A program made the position numbers and the translations under genes. From positions 1-27,667 of the forward strand of contig JAVZHJ010000001.1 of the NCBI GenBank assembly GCA_038998365.1: a DNA stretch of 27,667 bases, read 5' to 3'. The stretch comes from Candidatus Aenigmatarchaeota archaeon. Its GTDB lineage: Archaea > Aenigmatarchaeota > Aenigmatarchaeia > CG10238-14 > SCSR01. This document shows positions 16,489 to 24,434 of the stretch, piece by piece (within the stretch, counting starts at the first letter, position 1; every line of letters begins with the position of its first letter). The notes under the pieces are model-generated. The model was given only the letters and a program-made list of their open reading frames with translations. It was not told the origin of the DNA and ran no database searches.

Positions 16489-17572
16489 ATCTTATACACC
16501 TTAATGTCTTTTATTTTAATTTATAACTACTTAGTAAAGTATTAAGTTTATATTTTTTATCTGAATTGACGAAATTTATTTTATTCCTAAATAATTCTAA
16601 ATTTTTCTTTCCAGATATACACAATCTATATCTTCTTTTGTAATAACTATTAACTTCCCTTATTTTACCACTATTAATTCCTAATTCTAATAACATGGTT
16701 TTGATGATTTGAATTAACTTTTTATTTGTCATTTCAATAATTATTTGATATTTTGGTATTGTTACACAACCTTCATCATCAAATAAAGCCTGTAGAAAAA
16801 TCTCTTTTTGACCATCGACTAAATTTGCTAAAAAATCTAAGGATTTTATGCTTTTAAAGCTCAAAAACTCATTCAATAACATACCTATAATGGTAGGACA
16901 TCTGATGTCTTTAACCCCATTTCTTTGTGTTCTTTTATAAAGGTTTACATTTCCGAAAACATTTTGTATAAGTTCAGAAAATCTATTTAAAAGTTCTTCT
17001 GATTTATTCGTATACCAAATTATTGGACAATTAGATCGAAATTCTATGCAACCATCTCCCAATAGGTGGCCCAACAATTCTACCAAACTGCTATTCAAAG
17101 TTATGGGAAATTTTGGATTATTTATGGGCTTAGATAGACTACCACTGCATTTTATTTCTTTTAAATTATCGTTTAGAAGTTTCTTAAATTTTATACTCAT
17201 ATCGTGAGGCAATAAATTCAAGATATCCTTAATAAGTTTGAGTTGAACAAAAGATTTACCAGTTTTGTATTCTTTAATATGAGTAAGTCTTTTTCTTTTA
17301 AGCATAATTGATAATCTATTCTGAGTACCAACAAATTTTACACTGTAATCAAAGAAACTTCTAATAACAGCTGGGTCTATTTTCACATAAATTCGCTCAT
17401 TAGTCAAATCCCATAAGTTTAATTCTTTTCTCACATTCATTTTAACTCCTCTTTCATATTTCATTCTAATAAAAACAACTCTCTTATATTTTATTTACTC
17501 TTTTGGTAAGTGCATTTCCGATATTTCCGATAAACTCTGAACTAATTTTTAAAATTTTTTATCAACTTCATG
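16421..17572 (-). mobile_element. Putative homing-endonuclease insertion in rpl44e carrying a replacement rpl44e 5' end; bounded by an 11-bp direct repeat
   Basis: tcaacttcatg at 16421-16431 and 17562-17572; ttttgggaatttcata at 16474-16489 and 17615-17630. Both pairs are offset by exactly 1141 nt. The interior is AT-rich. Confidence 0.7.
16511..17464 (-). CDS. Free-standing two-motif LAGLIDADG homing endonuclease (intein-DOD-like, no splicing domain)
   Basis: LLGHLLGDGC and FLQALFDDEGC motifs; C-terminal YRLCISGKKNLELFRNKINF. The likely real start is ATG 17440 (GAGGAG at 17446-17451). No Hint-domain termini seen. Confidence 0.88.
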   Translation of the reverse strand: MKYERGVKMNVRKELNLWDLTNERIYVKIDPAVIRSFFDYSVKFVGTQNRLSIMLKRKRLTHIKEYKTGKSFVQLKLIKDILNLLPHDMSIKFKKLLNDNLKEIKCSGSLSKPINNPKFPITLNSSLVELLGHLLGDGCIEFRSNCPIIWYTNKSEELLNRFSELIQNVFGNVNLYKRTQRNGVKDIRCPTIIGMLLNEFLSFKSIKSLDFLANLVDGQKEIFLQALFDDEGCVTIPKYQIIIEMTNKKLIQIIKTMLLELGINSGKIREVNSYYKRRYRLCISGKKNLELFRNKINFVNSDKKYKLNTLLSSYKLK

Positions 17573-17629
17573 CTCAGTATGCTTCTTACAGTAAGGGCAA
17601 TAGGTCTTGACTAGTTTTGGGAATTTCAT
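17549..17629 (-). pseudogene. rpl44e: Truncated rpl44e 5' stub (26 aa: [26 protein letters not shown])
   Basis: 16/22 aa and 51/68 nt identical to the start of the full rpl44e; has its own AAGGTG SD at 17641-17646; homology ends at 17562. Confidence 0.9.
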
Positions 17630-17666
17630 AAAAGATTTAACACCTTCTATCAATTTAAATTTTTAA

Positions 17667-17903
17667 CTATTCTTTTAAAGGATCAATTTGGTAGAGTTTT
17701 TTACCATAAGTGGCTCCACAATCGCATCTTAAAAATTTTAAGTAGTCGTCAAACCTTCTTTTAATTCCCAATTCTTCCCTTTTTTCCTTATCAACAATGG
17801 TTATTTTCCTACAATTCTCACAAAAAAGGTAAATATCACCCAAAAAATTATATTTCAAAGATTTTTTCAGTTCTTTTAAAGCTAATAACAAGGTTTTAAT
17901 CAT
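17667..17903 (-). CDS. Hypothetical Zn-binding protein (CENC...CDCG, 78 aa)
   Basis: Two Cys pairs; AT-rich; lies between GINS and the rpl44e stub. Confidence 0.6.
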   Translation of the reverse strand: MIKTLLLALKELKKSLKYNFLGDIYLFCENCRKITIVDKEKREELGIKRRFDDYLKFLRCDCGATYGKKLYQIDPLKE

Positions 17904-17940
17904 AATTAATGATAAAAAGAAAAACTATTTAAAAGCATTG

Positions 17941-18486
17941 TTACTTGCTAACTTTAAACTCTTCAGCCAAACCTTTCTCTATCAAAATCTTAGCATTTTC
18001 TTCGGGAAGCTTAGCTATGTCGCCTTTTTCAAAAGGTCCATAAGTTTTCATATCTGCACCAACAAACTCAGGAACAGCCTCTTTGAAAACCACCATGCTT
18101 ATGCTTTCTTTTTCTTCAAGTTTTTCCATCATTTCTTTCAAAAATTTTTCTCTCCTGCTTTTTATAATTTCTTTAACTTTTTCGAAAAATTCTTTTTCTT
18201 CGTCAGTTAAATTTTCTACACTCAGCCCAACTCTTGCTGAATTTATAGCTTGAGTTACAATTTTTCTCTCCCTCCTGTTAAAAATGTCTTCAATTAACCT
18301 TTCTATATTCTTCAGTTCTACAGAAGCTTTTCTGTCTTCCATTTTTTCCAGAATTCTTCTCTTTTGCTGTAAATAATTCTTAACGTTTTGATAAAAATTT
18401 TCTGGTAGCTTAGAGAGCTTTGGCGATCTCTCTTCTTCCCTCTGAATTTTCCTTATCAATTCAAAGGTTATTGTTTCTTCGGCCAT
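17941..18486 (-). CDS. gins51: DNA replication complex GINS subunit (Gins51/Gins15 type)
   Basis: ITFE.IRKIQREE..S.KLSKLP.NFY, RRERKIV, LTDEEK, B-domain VPEFVG.D.KTYGPF.KGD. Confidence 0.9.
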   Translation of the reverse strand: MAEETITFELIRKIQREEERSPKLSKLPENFYQNVKNYLQQKRRILEKMEDRKASVELKNIERLIEDIFNRRERKIVTQAINSARVGLSVENLTDEEKEFFEKVKEIIKSRREKFLKEMMEKLEEKESISMVVFKEAVPEFVGADMKTYGPFEKGDIAKLPEENAKILIEKGLAEEFKVSK

Positions 18487-18865
18487 ATTTCAACCCTTTT
18501 TGATATTCATCAACAAATTTATCGAAAATTTTTTCCATTTCCTCTATAATTTTTTCAACTTCCTCTAAGCTCTTTTCCCCTTCTTCTATGTTGTCAAAAT
18601 GGCTTGTTTCTTCCCACCAAGCTTCCACTTTTTTGTAAAGCTCATACATTTCTTCTAATTTTTCATTACCCTTTATCGCTACTTCAAAACCATCCATTTC
18701 TATTAGTTTAGTTTCAGGATCTCTGATAATTTTTCCAGAAGCATCAATAATTTTTGGTATTTTTTCAAAAATACCACAATGATGAGCAATGCCCTCCAAA
18801 AGCCATTGAGAATAATGGAAAGCATATTCCCTACGTTCTTCCCAAGTTTTACCAACCCAAATCAT
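18461..18865 (-). CDS. Hypothetical acidic protein (134 aa)
   Basis: Fills the primase-GINS gap and overlaps the GINS start by 26 nt. Confidence 0.6.
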   Translation of the reverse strand: MIWVGKTWEERREYAFHYSQWLLEGIAHHCGIFEKIPKIIDASGKIIRDPETKLIEMDGFEVAIKGNEKLEEMYELYKKVEAWWEETSHFDNIEEGEKSLEEVEKIIEEMEKIFDKFVDEYQKGLKYGRRNNNL

Positions 18866-18888
18866 AATATAAACCTTAAGAATGATAT

Positions 18889-20205
18889 TTAAGTTCTTTT
18901 CCTTTTTTCTTTTCTGATCTTAAGCCTTTTGAAAGGATAATTAACAGGGTTTTTAATCACTATCTTATCACTGTTGTTAGTACAGAATTCATCCGGTTTG
19001 CATATACCTATGGCCTTATAGAAATTTTCATTGTTACAGTTTGGTGGCAATAAATTCCTCTCTTGCCTAAAATGCCACCTGAGCTGAGTTCTTAGATAGC
19101 TGTTTCTTAAGGGTGGTATATTCTTGGAATTCCAATCCATTATTTTATTTTCTATTTTATCCAAGTTCCATCCCATATTCTTTAAAAAATTTGTCAGGAC
19201 AAAAAGACTTCTCTTCCTCCCATCACTCAAGCCTTGGAGAATATTCTTGACACATGGGGGGAAATAATCTTCCGGTACTGCTTTTATTCTTTTCTTCACC
19301 AAAATCTTTGGTATTTCTTCCTTTGCCTCTACCAAATGTTTAGAGCTCCAGTCCAAAGCTTCTATAACCAATGCTTCAGCATCGTGCAAGCTTGATTTTG
19401 GAATCAAAAATTTTTCTTCGACTTTAGCTTTTTCTGGCAAAGCTTGTTGAACTTCAAACCTTTCGACATCTTCCGGTTTTATCGGCAAGCTAACATTCAA
19501 AGTTTTTTCATGCAAACTGTAAGGAAGCCTGAACAAATGTCTTAAGCCAAAGATGTCCATGGAAATTATTTTGAAAGGAGCGATTTCTCCATTTTCCATG
19601 ATTTCTTTCAAAGGCTTACCTATCTTACTGGCAATTTCTTCAGGTCTAAATAAAGCTGAAATTTCTTCTTTTAGCTGGTCTTTTATGTACCATTTAACAT
19701 ATTCTATTATTTTCTGTAAGATTTCCGGATATTGAGCAGCCGTAGGCTGAGCATTGATTTTTTCTGGCAAAGCTTCAAAAGGTATGCCAACATGAAAAGA
19801 AGAGCCGCCAGTAAATTTAACGCTATAACTGGAAACACCATGATCCTTGAAAGCTTCTATAAGTTGCTTGACTGTTAGCTTAGCAATTTCGAAATCATCA
19901 ACGTCAACATCAAACAAAACATCCCATCCAATCCTCATGGCATCAAGCTGGGCTTTGCTCAAGCCAACATCAAGCTTCATTGGTTGTTGCCATCTTTCAA
20001 GCGAGCCATGAAAAGAGATTGCACCTTTTGCTACAGACTGAAGAACATCTTGAATGTACTGTAGCATATCAGGCCTTTTTCCAAAAATCCCATCACGGTA
20101 AACAGCAACTACTTCCCTATTCTTTGCAGCTTCCACTATAGCTTTAAGAACTGATTCACGAGAATACCAATTCCAAATTCTCTGAAATTCTATCATGGCA
20201 ATCAT
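18889..20205 (-). CDS. priSL: DNA primase, DPANN-type PriS-PriL fusion
   Basis: PriS catalytic motifs WDVLFDVD, KFTGGSSFH and RHLFRLPYSLH; PriL-CTD FPPCV, GRKRSLF, PPNC and the Cys cluster. The start may be at the second or third Met. Confidence 0.9.
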   Translation of the reverse strand: MIAMIEFQRIWNWYSRESVLKAIVEAAKNREVVAVYRDGIFGKRPDMLQYIQDVLQSVAKGAISFHGSLERWQQPMKLDVGLSKAQLDAMRIGWDVLFDVDVDDFEIAKLTVKQLIEAFKDHGVSSYSVKFTGGSSFHVGIPFEALPEKINAQPTAAQYPEILQKIIEYVKWYIKDQLKEEISALFRPEEIASKIGKPLKEIMENGEIAPFKIISMDIFGLRHLFRLPYSLHEKTLNVSLPIKPEDVERFEVQQALPEKAKVEEKFLIPKSSLHDAEALVIEALDWSSKHLVEAKEEIPKILVKKRIKAVPEDYFPPCVKNILQGLSDGRKRSLFVLTNFLKNMGWNLDKIENKIMDWNSKNIPPLRNSYLRTQLRWHFRQERNLLPPNCNNENFYKAIGICKPDEFCTNNSDKIVIKNPVNYPFKRLKIRKEKRKRT

Positions 20206-20253
20206 GAAGAGCTAAGCTCTTCAATAGATAATTCTGAATATAAAAATAAGTTT

Positions 20254-20493
20254 TTATTTCTTCTTGATCTCTTTCCTCAAGCTTTGGAGTTTTATCTTGA
20301 AGCCGCATTTCTCGCATTGCAATTCCAAAGGAAGCTTGAACTCTTGTTTTTTCTTTTGTGCTTGACCACATTCTGGACAAGTTAAGTCAATGTTTGCAAT
20401 ATTTTCTCCTTTCAAAACAATCACCCTTACCTTTCCTTTTGTTTGGCCGGAAGAATTTTGTAAGTCTCGAGTTGTTATGTATTTTATCTCCAT
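20254..20493 (-). CDS. Small Zn-ribbon protein (CPEC...CEKC, 79 aa)
   Basis: Two CxxC motifs; co-oriented between rpl40e and the primase. Confidence 0.8.
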   Translation of the reverse strand: MEIKYITTRDLQNSSGQTKGKVRVIVLKGENIANIDLTCPECGQAQKKKQEFKLPLELQCEKCGFKIKLQSLRKEIKKK

Positions 20494-20497
20494 GCCA

Positions 20498-20668
20498 TCA
20501 CATAGGTCTTTTCTTCGGTCTCAAAGCTTTAGAGCCACATTTCCTGCATTTCACTTTTCCAGCTTTAACCTTAGCAGGATCTGCTCTAATTTTGCTCTTG
20601 CAAACTCTACAAACAAAAACTCTGGAGTAAAGTCTTGCAACAGCTTCTGAAAAAACTTTCTTTGCCAT
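20498..20668 (-). CDS. rpl40e: 50S ribosomal protein L40e (56 aa; below the ORF-track cutoff)
   Basis: Manual translation MAKKVFSEAVARLYSRVFVCRVCKSKIRADPAKVKAGKVKCRKCGSKALRPKKRPM; EA.ARL, CxxC, KCRKCG...LRPK. Confidence 0.88.
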   Translation of the reverse strand: MAKKVFSEAVARLYSRVFVCRVCKSKIRADPAKVKAGKVKCRKCGSKALRPKKRPM

Positions 20669-20732
20669 AAAATCACTTCATTAATCTTTTTTCTTTTTTC
20701 TATCTTATAAATTTAGAGCTATTTAAAGCCTT

Positions 20733-20740
20733 TTTATATT
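20733..20740 (+). promoter_or_regulatory. TATA box (TTTATATT) for the gene starting at 20760
   Basis: Lies 20-27 nt upstream of ATG 20760, consistent with a leaderless transcript. Confidence 0.45.
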
Positions 20741-20759
20741 CAAAAAATAATCAAAAATT

Positions 20760-21058
20760 ATGCCAGAAAAAAGAAGTTTCTGAAAATCTATGTGCTTGGG
20801 TTTATAACCTTGGGTATCTACTTTGTCTATTGGGCAGTTAAAACAAAGAATGAACTGAATGAGCTTGGAGCACAAATAACAACTTGCTGGCTTATGATAA
20901 TCCCAATAGCCAACATTTACTGGCTTTACAAGTATGCAGAAGGTTTTGCAAAAGTTACGAAGAAAGAAAGCACAATTCTATGGTTCTTGCTATTCTTCTT
21001 CATAGGAATAGCCATGCCAGCTATAGTACAAAGTGAACTAAACAAGCTTGTAAAATAA
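20760..21058 (+). pseudogene. DUF4234-like small membrane protein; apparent -1 frameshift near the N-terminus
   Basis: ATG CCA GAA AAA AGA AGT TTC TGA at 20760. One extra base (e.g. in the A6 run 20767-20772) joins it to [17 protein letters not shown]...[11 protein letters not shown] (99 aa). The alternative is a GTG start at 20792. Confidence 0.6.
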
Positions 21059-21078
21059 TTTCTTTCTTTCCTTTTTTT
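21059..21078 (+). terminator. Oligo-pyrimidine/oligo-T archaeal terminator
   Basis: tttctttctttccttttttt immediately after the stop codon. Confidence 0.45.
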
Positions 21079-21123
21079 AAAGCTTTAATAATTACAAAAA
21101 CCTATTCTCTTACTTAGAAAACT

Positions 21124-21705
21124 ATGCTCAAGCCTGAGATAAGAATTCTTGGTTTTGACGATAGTGCTTTCACACCAAAAAGCAAAGAGCTTGTTCCTGT
21201 TATAGGCGTAATTTTTCGTGGTGGCAAGTTTTTAGACGGCTTGCTCAAAACTGAAGTTTTGGTTGATGGAAATGATGCTACGGAAAAGATAATCAAGCTT
21301 GTCAACTCTACCCGCCACAAACAGCAGCTTAAAGTCATGATGTTCGATGGAATCACTCTAGCTGGATTCAACATGATTGATGTCAAAAGAATTTTTGAAG
21401 AAACTAAGCTTCCTGTCATAGTGATAAACAGAAAGATGCCTGATTTGGCTAAAGTTAAGAAAGCTTTGAAAAAATTTGAAGATTTTGAAGAAAGGTGGAA
21501 GGCTGTGGAAAATGCAGGCAAAATAAAAGAGTGCTACATCAAAGACTTTAAAAAGGTTTATTACCAAAATATAGGAATCGACGATGCTACGGCTAGGGAG
21601 GTGATAAAGCTGAGCTGCACAAGAAGCTACATTCCAGAGCCATTGAGGATAGCTCATATAATCGCTACAGGAATTGTAAGAGGAGAAAGCTATGGAAGAG
21701 CTTAA
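21124..21705 (+). CDS. DUF99 family protein (endonuclease V-like fold, UPF0215)
   Basis: RILGFDDS, GVIFRGG..LDG, VDG.DAT, DGITLAGFN.ID, IPEPLRIAHIIA. Confidence 0.9.
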   Translation: MLKPEIRILGFDDSAFTPKSKELVPVIGVIFRGGKFLDGLLKTEVLVDGNDATEKIIKLVNSTRHKQQLKVMMFDGITLAGFNMIDVKRIFEETKLPVIVINRKMPDLAKVKKALKKFEDFEERWKAVENAGKIKECYIKDFKKVYYQNIGIDDATAREVIKLSCTRSYIPEPLRIAHIIATGIVRGESYGRA

Positions 21706-22348
21706 GAGAAAATGGAAAAAAATTGAAAAGAAATATGGGATTTTCATTTATACTGCTCTATCATTAATTTTGCTTTACCTTTTTTCAATAACGAACATAA
21801 CAACTTACTTGCTTGTGATTTTAGGAATTCTTCTTCTTTATTACTTCAAGCAAGAATCTTACTTACCTTATATTTTAGGTGGTGCCATTGCAGCTTTGGC
21901 TTTGAAAACTGTTCTTGGTTTGATACTTGCCACAGATTATCCAGCAGTTTCTGTTTTGACATCTTCCATGCTTCACGATGAAAGCGTAGAAATAACTCAT
22001 TACAAATGGTTAGAAGAAAATTTGGGCTACAACAGAAGCTATGTAAATTCTTGGCCAATAAAAAATGGTTTTGAGATAGGTGATTTACCAATAGTTCAAG
22101 GAAGCGATGATTACAAAGTTGGGGATGTTATAGTTTATGAAGTCCCAGGTCAAAGCATTCCTATAATCCATAGGATAATAAAAATAAATCCCGATGGCAC
22201 TTACATGACAAAAGGCGACCACAATTCTGGCTTGCTTCCTTTTGAATATTCGGTCAAAAAAGAGCAAATAAAAGGAAGAGTAATCTTTATTATTCCAAAA
22301 TTAGGATATTTTAAAGTTATCTTTCACTGGATATTTGGAGGAATTTGA
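21692..22348 (+). CDS. Signal peptidase I (S26, Sec11-type Ser/His)
   Basis: TM segments, then VLTSSM, GD, GDVIVY, IIHRII, TKGDHN. Confidence 0.9.
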   Translation: MEELKRKWKKIEKKYGIFIYTALSLILLYLFSITNITTYLLVILGILLLYYFKQESYLPYILGGAIAALALKTVLGLILATDYPAVSVLTSSMLHDESVEITHYKWLEENLGYNRSYVNSWPIKNGFEIGDLPIVQGSDDYKVGDVIVYEVPGQSIPIIHRIIKINPDGTYMTKGDHNSGLLPFEYSVKKEQIKGRVIFIIPKLGYFKVIFHWIFGGI

Positions 22349-22669
22349 ATGTTTTGCCCAAAGTGTGGAAATTTGATGATTGTTGACAAGAAGAAGAAAG
22401 GTTATTTAGTTTGCAGGAAGTGTAGCTACAAAGTTAAATCTAAGGGTAAAGTGGAAATTGTGGAAAAATTACATGAAAAGAAAAAAGAAGTCATTGTTAT
22501 GGGGAAAGAAGAAACTATGGCTGAGCTTCCAACAACAACAATAATGTGTCCTAAGTGTGAAAATATGGAAGCTTACTGGTGGATGCAACAAACTAGGTCA
22601 GCGGATGAGCCGCCAACCATGTTCTACAAGTGCAAGAAGTGCGGCTTTAGCTGGCGTTCTTACGGTTAA
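22349..22669 (+). CDS. tfs: Transcription factor S (RpoM/TFIIS-like)
   Basis: MFCPKCG..M, CPKC, QTRSADEPPTMFYKC.KCG.SWR. Confidence 0.95.
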   Translation: MFCPKCGNLMIVDKKKKGYLVCRKCSYKVKSKGKVEIVEKLHEKKKEVIVMGKEETMAELPTTTIMCPKCENMEAYWWMQQTRSADEPPTMFYKCKKCGFSWRSYG

Positions 22670-22707
22670 AGAAAAAGCTTTTATCTTCCCATTCTTAAAT
22701 TAAACTC

Positions 22708-22995
22708 GTGGCAGACCATTATTCGCTTAGAAAAATTTCCTCAATTTCAAAAACTGACTCAAGAGTAGCTTTAATTGGCAAGGTTTCGGAAGCTTTAGAA
22801 AATTCTTTTATTCTTGAAGATGAGACAGGAAAAGTAGAAATTTTTTCTGAGCAAGAAGTTAAAGAAGGCGAAATCGTAAGAGTCTTTTGCTCACTTTTAG
22901 ATGGTAAGCTTAAAGCAGAGATAGTACAAAGCTTAAAAGGATTTGATTTAAATTTATTTAAGAGGGTAGAAGAATTATATAAGAGGGAAGGATGA
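22708..22995 (+). CDS. Small OB-fold protein (RPA14-like)
   Basis: RVALIGKV, FILEDETGKV, GEIVRVF; GTG start; directly upstream of PCNA. Confidence 0.7.
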   Translation: MADHYSLRKISSISKTDSRVALIGKVSEALENSFILEDETGKVEIFSEQEVKEGEIVRVFCSLLDGKLKAEIVQSLKGFDLNLFKRVEELYKREG

Positions 22996-22996
22996 C

Positions 22997-23746
22997 ATGT
23001 TTAAGGCAACTCTCAAAGATGTGGGCTTGCTTGTGAATTCTATTTCTACCATAGCAGAACTTATAGACGAAGGGGTTTTTAAACTAGAAAAAGATGGCAT
23101 AAGCTTACTTGCTTCAGACAGAGCCATGGTTGCAGCAGTTGATTTCAAGATTTCATCTTCGGCTTTTGAAAAATATGAAATTGATGAAGAGCAGTCCATA
23201 GGTTTGGACATTCCCAATTTTCTTTCTATTTTGAAAAGGGCAAGTGCCAGAGATAAAGCAACTTTCAGTTTACAAGATTCAAAACTTGAAATTGTTCTCG
23301 AGAATTCTAGCAAAAGAAGGTTCGTTTTACCTTTGCTTGAAATAAGTCAAGAAGAAGTTCCAAGAATTGACCAACTAGAATTCACAACAAAAGCTGAAAT
23401 GGATTCAGAAATTCTTGAATCCGGAATAGAAGATGCAGAAGTCGTTGCAGATGCTGTTGTTTTTGAAGCTTCTCCTTCTAAGTTTGTGATGAGAGCAGAA
23501 GGTGACATAAGTTCAACGCAACTTGAGTTAGAAAAAGGGAATGAATCTTTAAAAGAATTAAAAGCTAGTGGAACAGTAAAAGCAAGGTATCCACTAGATT
23601 ATCTTAAAAAGATGATTAAAGCTGCTAAGCTTACGAATGTTGCTAGAATAGAATGGGCACAAGATTATCCATTAAAGCTAAGCTTTAGAGTTGAGGATAA
23701 GCTCAACTTGGATTTTGTGCTAGCTCCGAGAGTCGAAGAAGAGTGA
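22997..23746 (+). CDS. pcn: DNA polymerase sliding clamp PCNA
   Basis: MFKATL, LIDEG.F, DRAMVA.VD, ARYPLDYL, DYPLKLSF, FVLAPRVEEE. Confidence 0.97.
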   Translation: MFKATLKDVGLLVNSISTIAELIDEGVFKLEKDGISLLASDRAMVAAVDFKISSSAFEKYEIDEEQSIGLDIPNFLSILKRASARDKATFSLQDSKLEIVLENSSKRRFVLPLLEISQEEVPRIDQLEFTTKAEMDSEILESGIEDAEVVADAVVFEASPSKFVMRAEGDISSTQLELEKGNESLKELKASGTVKARYPLDYLKKMIKAAKLTNVARIEWAQDYPLKLSFRVEDKLNLDFVLAPRVEEE

Positions 23747-23773
23747 GCTAGTTTTAAAATAATTGGTGAAAAA

Positions 23774-24433
23774 ATGTTTGAAAAAAAGAAATGTCCAAAC
23801 TGTGGAGAAAAAATAAAAGACGAGTGGAATTTTTGCCCTTATTGTGGTGAAGAATTTGTGAAAAGGGCTAGGACGAGAGAAAGCTCTTTGATACCTTTTG
23901 GTGAAGATATTTTTGAAGAAATAGAAAAAGAGTTTGAAAGAATGGATAAGATGTTTGGCTTACCTTCTTTCAAATTTTCCAGCTTTAAGTCAAAACCTTT
24001 TGCCAGAGGCGGGGGCATAAGCATAACCATAAGAAGTGGTACTGGCATGGAGCCAAAAATAGATGTGAAGACTTCCGGAGAATTTAAAAAAATTGAGCCG
24101 GAGTTAAAAAGAAAGCTTGGATTGAAATCTCCTGTCGAGGAGGTTGAAGAAGAAGCTGAAGAAGAAAAAGTTGAGCCAAGAAAAATTCCAAAAGTAACTG
24201 AAGAGCCTGAAACTCAAGTGAAGAATTTGGGAGACAGACAAATAATTTCAATAAAGTTGCCTGGAGTGGAAAGTGAAGAAGATATAGAAATAAAAAAGCT
24301 TGAACAAAGCTTGGAAGTCAAAGCTTTTGCTGGTGAAAAAGCTTACTTCACGCTTCTACCAATCCCAAAAGGATCTTCTATTTTAGAAAAAAAATTTAAA
24401 GATGGTGTGTTAAATATAGAAATTAAAAGGTGA
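23774..24433 (+). CDS. Zinc-ribbon plus C-terminal Hsp20-like domain protein
   Basis: CPNCG...WNFCPYCG; C-terminal IKLPGVESEEDIEIKKL..SLEVKA, FKDGVL.IEI. Confidence 0.8.
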   Translation: MFEKKKCPNCGEKIKDEWNFCPYCGEEFVKRARTRESSLIPFGEDIFEEIEKEFERMDKMFGLPSFKFSSFKSKPFARGGGISITIRSGTGMEPKIDVKTSGEFKKIEPELKRKLGLKSPVEEVEEEAEEEKVEPRKIPKVTEEPETQVKNLGDRQIISIKLPGVESEEDIEIKKLEQSLEVKAFAGEKAYFTLLPIPKGSSILEKKFKDGVLNIEIKR

Positions 24434-24434
24434 G

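Noticed and set aside
16511-17464. Intein interpretation of the LAGLIDADG ORF
   Set aside because: It is not in frame within a host protein, has its own SD/start/stop, and lacks N-terminal C/S and C-terminal HN splicing motifs.
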